Virus record (IMG/VR): IMGVR_UViG_3300047548_000621
Location: 8,200 to 72,199 of that record
Reading direction: 5' to 3' (one strand)
DNA length: 64,000 nt
Source: a virus
Taxonomy: Duplodnaviria > Heunggongvirae > Uroviricota > Caudoviricetes
In this document: positions 43,490 through 53,572 of the stretch, piece by piece
How the letters are laid out: every line of letters starts with the position of its first letter
Position numbering within the stretch: the stretch's first letter is position 1
Position numbers and translations under genes: made by a program
Notes under the pieces: model-generated
The model's database searches: none
What the model was told of the DNA's origin: nothing
Seen by the model: the letters and a program-made list of their open reading frames with translations, nothing else

Positions 43490-46400
43490 TTAGAAGAAAA
43501 GAAAGAATTGTCCACCGACAGTAGAAATTAATACACCTATCATATAGGTTATATTAAGATAATCTACCGTGCCAGCAACATAATATATGCCAGTATTATT
43601 TCCATTATCATCTGTATTAGCTCCGACATTCCAAGCAGTAGCTTTACTAAGTGTATATTGACTTGTATTTGTAGATGTCAGATATGTTCTTACATTTGAG
43701 ATACCGTTGACGCTGAATGTGGTCAGACTTTGTGTAGATCCACCTTCAAATAAAATAATAGTAGGCGATGCTGAATTAGTCAAAGTATCAATTGTATTAT
43801 TACCATAGATGAATAAAGGACTAGCGCCAGCAGATATAGTTCCGTACTCTAGACCGCCACCATAGAATGACTGATTTCCAGCAGTACCAGTGAATGTTAT
43901 ATTAAGTGGTGTTGTATATGTTAAGCCTGTAGTATTTTCTATTTCAAATACTGGTATAAATCGTGAATATCCTGAAAATACTCCTTCATCTTTACCGGTA
44001 ATATTAATTTGACCTGAACCTTGAGTAATAGTTTTAGCTGAAGTATCTAATATACTAATACCTTTTGTTGTTAGATTAAATCCGTTCAAATCAAATGTAC
44101 CTGAGACTAGATAAAAGCCTCCTGTGTCATTTGTGGAGTTTAAAGTTAGATTGTCAAGTAGCCTCAATGTTCCTGAAGTTTTAATTACTTCTATTAAGAT
44201 ACCCCCTGATCTACCATTTGATTTAATAGTCTGATCTGTTGATCCTCGAAATGAAAAAATAAAATTAGTAGTAGTTAAATCTACTGAGCTACCTAAATCA
44301 ACATCACCATAAATAAAGATAGAATTTGAAAGACCAGTAGGTTTTCCCCCGAATCCAGTTAGATTTAAGTTATTGATATATCTGTTAGTTAGATTCAATA
44401 TATCTGTTCCAGCAGTTACATTAATATTTACAGAAGTGACAGAAGAATCAAGTAAATTTATACTTCTCGTTCCAGTTGCACCACTATAAGTACAATTGAA
44501 CGTAGGTGTGCCGGTCATAGTGAGATATGTTCCTACACCATTTTGATAACTCAAAATAGTAGCACTATTACCAGTCAAATTAATTGTACTAGTACCAAAT
44601 GTTATAGTTCTATTAGTAGGAACAAATGTTTCTGTAAACGAAGCACCAGTCAAAGTAAACCCATTTAGATTAAGCGTACCTCTTCCATGTGTAATAGTAC
44701 CTGTTGTAGTCGTAGCAGCACTTAACTGAACCGTTCCTGTATTAACAAGATTCAGACCATAGGTCATTGTGATACCAGCAGTATTAATACTTTGTGTGCC
44801 AGTTCCAATAAAGTTGATAGCTGTCGTACCAGAAGAGGTCAACGAGCTATAAAGAGTTAAACTACCAGTCATCCAAGGCGCAAATGATGTACAAGCTAAA
44901 GTTGTAGCCGTAGTTCTAGAAGCATATGTAATTGAACCGACAAGATAGTTTGCATTATATGTTACTACTTGACCAATTGCGGTACCATTATTTGTAAATG
45001 CAGCAGTATCCTGTGCTAATGGAAAGTTATTTAAAGCAGGAGTACCAGACGGAGCAGTAGCCCAAGCAGTAGCAGACCAATTTTGAGGAGTACCTGTTAA
45101 ATTCCAGTATACAGTTTTAGCTGCTGGAAATGTAATATTGCTATTACCACTACCATTACCCAGTCTTGTACCTGACCATGTACCAGCAGCACCAGCCGCT
45201 GTAATATTATGGAAATCAATATCTGTAAAAGTTCCGACCGCTGCTGCTGTAATTGTTGTAGTTGTGTCAAACGAATACAAAAATGTTCTATAGATTACAC
45301 TGGTACCAGCATTAAGTGTAAATGTTCCATTAACTGTTACACCAGTACAGCCTTGGAACTGAATTCGAGATATGCCGACGGAACCTGATCTACCAGTAAC
45401 CGTGAAATTATTACAAGTAAACGAAACCGTAGATGTATACGCCGTACTACCTATATAGGTTGAACTGCCGATATAGATATTACTGATTGTGGTATTAGTA
45501 AATGAAAGATTACGAAATGTAGCCATACCATCTAGAATTAAGGCAGATGTTGTTCCGCTAAATGTTATAGTACTTGTACCGGCGTTGAATGTAGTTGAAC
45601 CATTACTTAACCCGTAAAGTCTAAGTCCAGTACTAGAGGAGCCTCCAGTTATAGTTATTGTGGAGGAACCTAGATTTGTTGTTCTATTAAATGATGAACT
45701 AGAGTCAATATAAACTCCTGCACAAGTTACATTATAATTTTGGGTATTGAAAGTACCAAAATATTGCTGTATTTCGCTACCTAATGTTATAGCAGAGCCG
45801 AGATTAAGAGTACCAGAGCCGTATACTAACAATGATCCTGTAATTGATATAGCAGAACTAGTAAATGTTTGTGTATCTGTATTAATAAAAACAAAACTAT
45901 AACTAACGCCCGAAACTGTTACACCAGAGCCTAAATTAACATCTCCATTCACGACAGGATAATTAAAACCAGGTATACTTAATGTTACAGCACTGGTTCT
46001 GGCACTCATATTAAGAGTACCTATCATATAATTAGCATTTATGGTAACGGTAGTTGCTGCTCCGGTATTATCAAAAATACAAGTATCTTGTGGCAAAGGA
46101 AAGTTTGCGGCAGCAGGTGTGCCACCAGAACTTGTAGCCCAAGCTGTAGCATTCCAATTTTGTGTACCAGTTAGATTCCAATAAACAGTCTTTGTTGCCG
46201 CGAATGTAATATTACTATTTCCCCCTGCATCGCCAAGCCTTGTGCCTGTCCATGGTGTAGCTGGACCAGAAGCCACAATATTTTTGAAATCAATATCATC
46301 AAGACCTGAAATAGCACCAGCATAAATTGTTCTTGTGGCAGGTGTGAGGCTGCCAATAAATGCGAGCCTAGCAGTATTAAGTAATGTTCCTGTTACAGAT

Positions 46401-49400
46401 AAAGTGCCATTGATAGTTTGATTGGCATTAAATACTACTTGCACATAAGAAGCTGCGGCTGGATGCGTAAATGTTAGATTGTTATAGGTATTAGCGCCAT
46501 TAAAAGTCATATCCGTAGGCGCTGTAGATGTGAATGACATGTTATAAAATGTCTGTCCGCCCCCCTGCAATGTTACACTAGCACCAGAAAAACTAATCGT
46601 AGATGTTCCGGAACTAAACGTAAGACCAGTAGTAGTAAAATTCCATACTGTGCCAGTGCCAGATAATGCGACTGTAGAAGCACCAAGTGTAATAGAACGA
46701 GTATTGCTATTACTAGAGGATAATGAAGCAGCAGTTACATTGAAGCCACCAGTAGAAAACGTTCCTGAGTTAATAGTCAACGCATTTGCACCAATGTTAA
46801 GAGCATCCTGTAATGTCCATCCACCTGTAGTTGATGAGAAGGTAATCGGGAATCCAAGAGTCTTACCATTTGATCTTATAGTCTTACCCGTCGATGATGC
46901 TGCAAATGTTAAAGCATTAGCACCAGCTGTCACAGTCATACCAGTTGATACGGTTAAACTTCCAAAAAGTGTTAGTGCTGTGTTAGCCCAGGTTCCTGTG
47001 AAGCCGGTAAAATCTAAGTCGCGTATATTCCCAGCCGTAATTGTAACAGTAGCAGCCCCAGCACCTGATATTTTGAATGAGATTGAATTAGTCTCATCAG
47101 GTGCACCTGGTGTAATAGTTTTAGCAGTCGTTGTAGCATTGGTCATATTTACAACAGGCGTGCCGTAGATAAACAACTCTTGTACTGATGTTGTGTCCCA
47201 TACAGTACCAGTACCATTTACAGCAATAGTACCAGATGATCCAAAATCAATAAAACGAATATTTGAGTTATTAGACGCAAAGTTATTACAAGTCAGCGTA
47301 AAGTTATTAAGAATCAATGAACCATATGTAAGAGTGACACCGTAGGTCGTACCTGTAGTCATAGCATCTTGGAGAGTCCACTCGCCTCCGATACCATTAA
47401 AGACAACAGGAAAGCCTAATGTTTTACCTGCAGATGTGATAGTCTTACCAATTGAAGTAGCAGCAAATGTTACCGCGTTAGCACCAGCTGTAACAGTCAT
47501 ACCGGTAGCAATATTAAGACTGCCATAGATGGTCAGTACAGTATTGGCCCACGAACCGGTGAAACCTGTAAAGTCTAAATCCCGTACATTACCGGCTGTA
47601 ATTGAAACTGTGCCAGCACCTGCCGTGACATAGAAATTAATAGAATTGGCTTCTGACACCGCGCCCGGTTGAATAGTTCGTGTAATACCAGCGCCGGCGG
47701 CTCCAGTCAATCTAACATTTGAAGTGCCAAGAATAGTAATACTTGGTACCGCCACAGCAGGCACAAACCAGACAGTAGTAGTAGTTGTAGCAGTAAGATT
47801 TATTGTACCTGAGTTACCGAAATTAAGTTGCGTAGTAAGTGTATTTGAACCAAACTCAAACGTGGTCGCTTGCAAGGTATAATTATTTAGATTAAGCAAA
47901 CCACTGCTAAGAACAAATGAATTTGTAGAAGTAAAATTACTACCTAATGTAACAGTTCCTGCATTGTTATTATCTGTGCCTGTAATACTAACTACTGCGC
48001 TTATGGTAGCACCATTAGTAGTTAATGAGCGTGAAGATCCAGTAATACTATACATATTTAAAATAGCGGTACCACTTATAGTAAGCGATGAGCTAAGTGT
48101 AATATCACCTAATATTAGGATTCCGTTATTAACTATGATGGAAAATGCGCTTGTTCTAGTAGATGTATCTAAATCTGTTATATTATAACCAATTTGATCT
48201 ACTGTAATAGAAGTTCCAGCTGAAGAATTATCTATAATAACTGTATCTTGAGGTAACGGAAAGTTGGATAAACTTGGTGAACCTCCAGACGAAGCTGCCC
48301 AACCATTTGATGACCAATTATTAGCGCCGGCTAAATTCCAATATACAGTTTTTGGTGCGTCAAATGTAATATTTGTATTATTTCCTATATCACCAAATGA
48401 TGTACCAGTCCATGGTATAGAAGATCCAGCCGCGGTAATGTCTGAAAAATTAACATATGAAAGTGAAATTGCATTAGCCGTAATTTGTCTAATAGACCCG
48501 CCACCACCAATACTATATCTTTTCGTTTCGTCTGTACCGTTAGCAGTTAATGTGCCATTAATGATTTGATTAGCATTAAATGCTACAGAAGCTCTTGTGG
48601 TAGTCGTAGGAAAACTTAAATTATTAAAGGTGTTAATTCCAAATATAAAATAATTTGTTACGGCGCTGTTAGTAAAGCTTACATTGTAAAACGTTTGGCC
48701 ACCACCTTGAAATGTAGTACTAGATCCACTTGAACAATTGATTTGACTCGTACCAGAACTAAATGTAAGATTGGTAGATGTAGTAAAATCAACAGGTGTT
48801 GTTCCAAGGAGCGATACTGTAGATGAACCAAGAGTGATCGTTCTTGTATTTGAGTTGCTAGAGCTTAATTGTGAAGCAATAACACTAAATCCATTTGTAT
48901 TGAGTGAACCATTTGTGACTGTGATAGCACCAGCTGATGACATAGCATCTTGAAGCGTCCAGCCGCCACCAACACCATTAAATGTTATTAACGCAAAAGT
49001 TCTACCTGCACTTGTAATAGTTTTACCTGTAGTGGTAGCGGCAAAAGTAAGACCGTTCGAAGCAAAAGTTACGCCTGATACATTAGTCAAGCTACCATAG
49101 ATAGTTATAGTTGCAGTAATAGTACCCGCGAATCCGGTAAGATTTAGATCATTTACAAAGTTATTATCTGTAAATAATACGGTATCAGTCCCAGCAGAAA
49201 TATTAAAACTAAATGTAGTAGCAGTTGTGCCTGATGTAATAGTTCTTGTACCAGTAGAACCAGCATATGTACAATTAATAACAGGTGTTCCAGATACAGT
49301 CAAATTTGTTTGAGTAGTAGCATCAAAGATTGTTGCGCCATTACCAGTAAGAGTTAAATTACCTGTACCAAAGTTAAAAGTTCTAGCGGTAGTACCTGAA

Positions 49401-50455
49401 ATAGTACATAGACCAACCGAAAGTGTAAAAGAGCTAAGAGCTAATGTTCCTTGAGTAAGAGTTAATGTTCTTGTTGAACCAATAGTACAAGCATCTCCTA
49501 ATGTTACGGTAATACCGCTGCCGTTAATTGTAACAGGAAAATCTAAAAGTTCACCATTTGTAGTAAGTGTTGAAGATCCAACAAATGTCCATGCATTCGC
49601 GCCTGCTGTTAGAGTCATTGTATTGGATAAAGTAACATTACCGTATAAAGATAAAGCAACATTTGAAAGAGTACCAGAAAATCCGGTAAAATTTAGATTG
49701 TTAACTCTATTATTTGCTGTAAATGTTACAGTATCAGAACCGGCAGAAATATTGAATCTAAACGTGGTAACACCTGCACCACAAGCAATAGTTCTTGTAC
49801 CAGTAGAACCAGCATATGTGCAGTTGATAGTAGGAGTACCTGATACAGTCAAACTTGTCTGTGTGGTAGCTGTAAAGATTGTTATACCATTACCAGTGAG
49901 TGTTAAATTACCAGTACCAAAGTTGAATGTTCTCGTTGATGTACCAGAAATATTAGCAGTTAAAGCTGTAAATGTGTTTGTTCCGAGTGCCAAGGTACCC
50001 TGTGTGAGTGTTAATGCTGCTGAGGTACTAACATTACCATTAAGTGTAACTGTAATAGAAGCACCACTAATAACAATAGTACTTGCTATCGTCGTTGTAC
50101 CGGTATTAAATGTAGATGTTGTACCCGATGCAGTTAATGTACCGGTATTTGTCCAGTTTATAGTACCGGATATGGTTAAACCTGCCGTTGTAACACCAAT
50201 AACGCTTGATCCGGCAAACGTCAAAGTACCAGCAGATGGATTAGCCATATTGATACCCTGAACGTTTGTTGTGGCGGTTCTAGTTACGGTATAACTGGCG
50301 CCGGCGCCTGCGACATTGGATGCTGAATCAAAGATAGCAACGTCGGCGGTACTTGGAACCGACGCACCTCCAGAACCACCACTAGTCGTTGACCAGTTAG
50401 TAGTTGTCGTGGCATCCCATGTACCCGTTCCTCCAACCCAATATCTATTTGCCAT
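43490..50455 (-). CDS. Giant internally repetitive fibre/adhesin-like protein
   Basis: 2321 aa, Thr/Ser/Gly/Asn-rich beta-strand-like repeats. Near-identical ~200-aa modules recur (e.g. TFNFGTGNLTLTGNG(I/A)TIF(T/D)ATTQT(S/N)LTVSGTP(T/V)INCTYAGSTGTRTI...). A KTVYWNL(A/T)G..NW...W...GG.P....FPL.QDT motif recurs 3-4 times. Confidence 0.6.
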   Translation of the reverse strand: MANRYWVGGTGTWDATTTTNWSTTSGGSGGASVPSTADVAIFDSASNVAGAGASYTVTRTATTNVQGINMANPSAGTLTFAGSSVIGVTTAGLTISGTINWTNTGTLTASGTTSTFNTGTTTIASTIVISGASITVTLNGNVSTSAALTLTQGTLALGTNTFTALTANISGTSTRTFNFGTGNLTLTGNGITIFTATTQTSLTVSGTPTINCTYAGSTGTRTIACGAGVTTFRFNISAGSDTVTFTANNRVNNLNFTGFSGTLSNVALSLYGNVTLSNTMTLTAGANAWTFVGSSTLTTNGELLDFPVTINGSGITVTLGDACTIGSTRTLTLTQGTLALSSFTLSVGLCTISGTTARTFNFGTGNLTLTGNGATIFDATTQTNLTVSGTPVINCTYAGSTGTRTITSGTTATTFSFNISAGTDTVLFTDNNFVNDLNLTGFAGTITATITIYGSLTNVSGVTFASNGLTFAATTTGKTITSAGRTFALITFNGVGGGWTLQDAMSSAGAITVTNGSLNTNGFSVIASQLSSSNSNTRTITLGSSTVSLLGTTPVDFTTSTNLTFSSGTSQINCSSGSSTTFQGGGQTFYNVSFTNSAVTNYFIFGINTFNNLSFPTTTTRASVAFNANQIINGTLTANGTDETKRYSIGGGGSIRQITANAISLSYVNFSDITAAGSSIPWTGTSFGDIGNNTNITFDAPKTVYWNLAGANNWSSNGWAASSGGSPSLSNFPLPQDTVIIDNSSAGTSITVDQIGYNITDLDTSTRTSAFSIIVNNGILILGDITLSSSLTISGTAILNMYSITGSSRSLTTNGATISAVVSITGTDNNNAGTVTLGSNFTSTNSFVLSSGLLNLNNYTLQATTFEFGSNTLTTQLNFGNSGTINLTATTTTTVWFVPAVAVPSITILGTSNVRLTGAAGAGITRTIQPGAVSEANSINFYVTAGAGTVSITAGNVRDLDFTGFTGSWANTVLTIYGSLNIATGMTVTAGANAVTFAATSIGKTITSAGKTLGFPVVFNGIGGEWTLQDAMTTGTTYGVTLTYGSLILNNFTLTCNNFASNNSNIRFIDFGSSGTIAVNGTGTVWDTTSVQELFIYGTPVVNMTNATTTAKTITPGAPDETNSISFKISGAGAATVTITAGNIRDLDFTGFTGTWANTALTLFGSLTVSTGMTVTAGANALTFAASSTGKTIRSNGKTLGFPITFSSTTGGWTLQDALNIGANALTINSGTFSTGGFNVTAASLSSSNSNTRSITLGASTVALSGTGTVWNFTTTGLTFSSGTSTISFSGASVTLQGGGQTFYNMSFTSTAPTDMTFNGANTYNNLTFTHPAAASYVQVVFNANQTINGTLSVTGTLLNTARLAFIGSLTPATRTIYAGAISGLDDIDFKNIVASGPATPWTGTRLGDAGGNSNITFAATKTVYWNLTGTQNWNATAWATSSGGTPAAANFPLPQDTCIFDNTGAATTVTINANYMIGTLNMSARTSAVTLSIPGFNYPVVNGDVNLGSGVTVSGVSYSFVFINTDTQTFTSSAISITGSLLVYGSGTLNLGSAITLGSEIQQYFGTFNTQNYNVTCAGVYIDSSSSFNRTTNLGSSTITITGGSSSTGLRLYGLSNGSTTFNAGTSTITFSGTTSALILDGMATFRNLSFTNTTISNIYIGSSTYIGSTAYTSTVSFTCNNFTVTGRSGSVGISRIQFQGCTGVTVNGTFTLNAGTSVIYRTFLYSFDTTTTITAAAVGTFTDIDFHNITAAGAAGTWSGTRLGNGSGNSNITFPAAKTVYWNLTGTPQNWSATAWATAPSGTPALNNFPLAQDTAAFTNNGTAIGQVVTYNANYLVGSITYASRTTATTLACTSFAPWMTGSLTLYSSLTSSGTTAINFIGTGTQSINTAGITMTYGLNLVNTGTVQLSAATTTTGTITHGRGTLNLNGFTLTGASFTETFVPTNRTITFGTSTINLTGNSATILSYQNGVGTYLTMTGTPTFNCTYSGATGTRSINLLDSSVTSVNINVTAGTDILNLTNRYINNLNLTGFGGKPTGLSNSIFIYGDVDLGSSVDLTTTNFIFSFRGSTDQTIKSNGRSGGILIEVIKTSGTLRLLDNLTLNSTNDTGGFYLVSGTFDLNGFNLTTKGISILDTSAKTITQGSGQINITGKDEGVFSGYSRFIPVFEIENTTGLTYTTPLNITFTGTAGNQSFYGGGLEYGTISAGASPLFIYGNNTIDTLTNSASPTIILFEGGSTQSLTTFSVNGISNVRTYLTSTNTSQYTLSKATAWNVGANTDDNGNNTGIYYVAGTVDYLNITYMIGVLISTVGGQFFLFF

Positions 50456-50458
50456 TGA

Positions 50459-50743
50459 TTAACCTTGCTGTAGCAACTCTTGAATAGTCGGTGTTGGTGT
50501 AGGTTCTGTCAGCCCCGGTAATGTTATTGCTGTCTCCTCAGGAACCGGGTCGGGAACCCCTTTAATAGCTTCAAGCCAATTATTGAATCTGCGATCTTTT
50601 TCCATTTCAATTTCAGCTGGATCAACTGTAGGATATACATCTGCTCTATAATAGAGAGCATCTCTATAATTATTCACACCATCGGTCTTCTCAAAGATAA
50701 TGCGAATCTGACCATCGTCTGTTGTTTCGATAATATCTTCCAT
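50459..50743 (-). CDS. Hypothetical protein
   Basis: 94-aa acidic ORF. Confidence 0.35.
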   Translation of the reverse strand: MEDIIETTDDGQIRIIFEKTDGVNNYRDALYYRADVYPTVDPAEIEMEKDRRFNNWLEAIKGVPDPVPEETAITLPGLTEPTPTPTIQELLQQG

Positions 50744-50754
50744 AATTTAACTCC

Positions 50755-53523
50755 TTAAAATCCAAAGTTCTTAGCAATCAACTGCCACTTAATTGCAGTT
50801 GAATCATATATAAAACCCAGATAATCTGTCAATGAACTTCCTGATGTTGCTGTAGGTAAAGCCAAATCAGATGATCCATCAAAAATAGAATTCCACGAAA
50901 AGGTTTGGACGTTGCTTGATTTTATTCGTAACATGACCATCTGTCCATTTAATGGTGTTCCAGTTGGAGCATTAATAGTCAATGTGCCTGTAACTTGTGT
51001 ATTTATTTGGGTTGCCATGTCTGTTGTGTCTGCATTGATAGTAATTGACGTTCCGTCTGCGAGAGCATTAACTCTGCGCACTAATCCGCCGGTTGAGTTC
51101 AATGTTCCAGTTACATTTGCACCTGTCGTGGTAACAACAAATACGTTAGCAACATTCCCTACTGAGGTAGTAACATTACCACCTGAAGTAGCGATGTTAA
51201 CATTACTTGTACCGTTTGCAATATTTGATCCACCGGATCCTGAGGGTCCTTGCTGGCCGCCGCCCGACGTTACTGCCGCATAACCTGTCTGGGCGCTGTC
51301 AAAAGTTACAGTTAAGGTTGTTGTGTTATTGAATGTGATTGTAGGATAATTATATCTACCAGTCCAACTGTTTCCTGTTGCGTCTACAAGTTGGACATTA
51401 ACATATTGAACACCTAAATTATGTGTCACCGTCCAAGTTGCACTTGACACTGATTGTGTATGAACATATCCAGTAGTAGAACTAACAAATGATAAATTAC
51501 CAGCACCATCAGTGATGAGAATAGCATTAGCAGAACCGCCAGTAATTTTAAGATTGCTTACAGAACCCAAGCTGACGTTCGGTCCAGTGAATGTTACATT
51601 ACCGGTAGCTACTAAAGCCCCTGTGCCTAAATTACCTACATTAGCGTTGCCAGTTGCAGTTATCGCAGTAACATTAGCATTTGTCGCACCGATATTACCC
51701 ACGTTGGCATTGCCAGTAGCATTTAGTGTTCCGGTAACATTAATTCCGGTGCTAGTAATTACTAATTCATTTGTTCCTCCGGCCGCAGTAATGTTTATAT
51801 TTCCGCTTGCTGTAGGAATAGCAATATTACTTGTGCCGTTTGCAAAAGTACCAATGAGATTACCACCTGTTATATTGCCAGTTACTGATAATGAGGTTAA
51901 TGTACCAACACTTGTGATATTGGGTTGTGTTGCAGTAGTTAATGTACCAGTAATAAAATTTCCTGATATTAAGTTAGCACCTGTTATCTGAGAAGAAAGA
52001 CCAGACAAAGTAATACTGGCATTAGTTGCCATTGAAATAGATGTAAGTGTGCCTACTGTAGTGATATTTGATTGGTTGCCAGTTGTTAATGTTCCGCCAA
52101 GAAGTGTAGCAGCAAAATGTCCATTTGCTAAATTGGCGGAGAATGCAGTATTTGAACCTAATGCATAATTAGCAGTTGTATTACCACTTACAAACGTCGG
52201 GTAATATACGCCGGTTGTTTGTGTTGTGACTACATTAAAGTCGCTTACGTTAGCGTAATTAACATTTAAGTTGGCAACTCTTGTAGTAGAGGTAACAGTT
52301 AACGGTGCAGTACCAGTAGCCACATTTGATGTTAAAGTGCTAGCAATAACAGCAGCACTTGTTAATATATTACCACCTGTGATATTACCAGTTGCAGTGA
52401 TTAGCCCAGCAGTTCCTAAGTTACCGACATTAGCATTGCCGGTTACTGCTAATGCATCTCCAACAGAAGTATTACCTACAATTGTAATATTTCCATTTTG
52501 TTCTACAGTTAAGCGGACAGCATTAGTAGTAGAGCCGTTAGGTGTAGTAGCAATAGCATATTTGGTTCCGTGTGCAGTGGCAGACCAATTTTCCGTAGTT
52601 TGGGAGATTGCATATGCACCCCGTGCATATGTAGTCCCGTCATAACCATAGAAACCATGGTAACCTAATTCAGCTCCTGAAACGACCAAACCATTAGCAT
52701 CAGTAGTATTACCTCGCTTGTATACATTAAACCCGGTACTAAAATTATTATTAGCAACTGAGTAGATAGATACCGTACCTGATGTACTGAGTCCAGTAAG
52801 CTGGCCAACGCTTGTAATATTAGGCTGTGCTGCGGTAGTTAATGTCCCTGTTACTAATGTACCGGATAAGTTGCCACCGGTGATATTACCTGTTGCCGTA
52901 ATTAAACCGCTAGTGCCTAAATTGCCGACATTGGCGTTTCCTGTTACTGAAAGGGCGTTACCCAATGATAGCGTGTTAGAAGTCTTATTAAATGTGAAAT
53001 TTGCGCTTCCGTTCGCATTGCCGGCGTCATTGAATAAAACTTGAGTATTAGATCCGCCGGCTGGACCAACTGCGCCGCCGCCTGAAGTTACAGCGGCATA
53101 TCCAGCTTGTGCGCTATCGAAAGTTACAGTTAATGCACTTGTATTATTAAATGTGATAGTTGGATAGTTATATCTACCAGTCCAACTATTTCCTGTTGCA
53201 TCTACGAGTTGAACATTAACATACTGAATTCCCAAATTATGTGTTACTGTCCAAGTAGTAGCTGCTACTGATTGTGTATGTACATATCCGGTTGTAGAGC
53301 TAGCAAATGATAGATTTCCAGCACCATCCGTGATAAGAATAGCGTTAGCCGAGCCACCAGTTATCTTAAGATTCGAGACATTACCTACACTTACATTTGC
53401 GCCAGTAAATGAAACATTAGCTGTTGCAACTAAGTTAGATGTAGTAGTCGTGTTAGTACTTGCATCTAATGTGATGTTACCAGCCGTCAGGCCATTTTTA
53501 ACATTAAAATTTCTCGTTGCCAC
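50755..53523 (-). CDS. Tail fibre protein with an internal ~110-aa duplicated module
   Basis: 922 aa. The N-terminal M(A/T)TRNFNVKNGLT is shared with the next fibre. The module GxNVSxGxVSNLKITGGSANAILITDGAGNLSF...TWTVTHNLG(I/V)QYVNVQLVDATGNSWTGRYNYPTITFNNT is present twice. Confidence 0.6.
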   Translation of the reverse strand: MATRNFNVKNGLTAGNITLDASTNTTTTSNLVATANVSFTGANVSVGNVSNLKITGGSANAILITDGAGNLSFASSTTGYVHTQSVAATTWTVTHNLGIQYVNVQLVDATGNSWTGRYNYPTITFNNTSALTVTFDSAQAGYAAVTSGGGAVGPAGGSNTQVLFNDAGNANGSANFTFNKTSNTLSLGNALSVTGNANVGNLGTSGLITATGNITGGNLSGTLVTGTLTTAAQPNITSVGQLTGLSTSGTVSIYSVANNNFSTGFNVYKRGNTTDANGLVVSGAELGYHGFYGYDGTTYARGAYAISQTTENWSATAHGTKYAIATTPNGSTTNAVRLTVEQNGNITIVGNTSVGDALAVTGNANVGNLGTAGLITATGNITGGNILTSAAVIASTLTSNVATGTAPLTVTSTTRVANLNVNYANVSDFNVVTTQTTGVYYPTFVSGNTTANYALGSNTAFSANLANGHFAATLLGGTLTTGNQSNITTVGTLTSISMATNASITLSGLSSQITGANLISGNFITGTLTTATQPNITSVGTLTSLSVTGNITGGNLIGTFANGTSNIAIPTASGNINITAAGGTNELVITSTGINVTGTLNATGNANVGNIGATNANVTAITATGNANVGNLGTGALVATGNVTFTGPNVSLGSVSNLKITGGSANAILITDGAGNLSFVSSTTGYVHTQSVSSATWTVTHNLGVQYVNVQLVDATGNSWTGRYNYPTITFNNTTTLTVTFDSAQTGYAAVTSGGGQQGPSGSGGSNIANGTSNVNIATSGGNVTTSVGNVANVFVVTTTGANVTGTLNSTGGLVRRVNALADGTSITINADTTDMATQINTQVTGTLTINAPTGTPLNGQMVMLRIKSSNVQTFSWNSIFDGSSDLALPTATSGSSLTDYLGFIYDSTAIKWQLIAKNFGF

Positions 53524-53572
53524 AGTTCCATATATCCCTGTTTTATATTTTATTTAGCTATTTCTAGCTGTA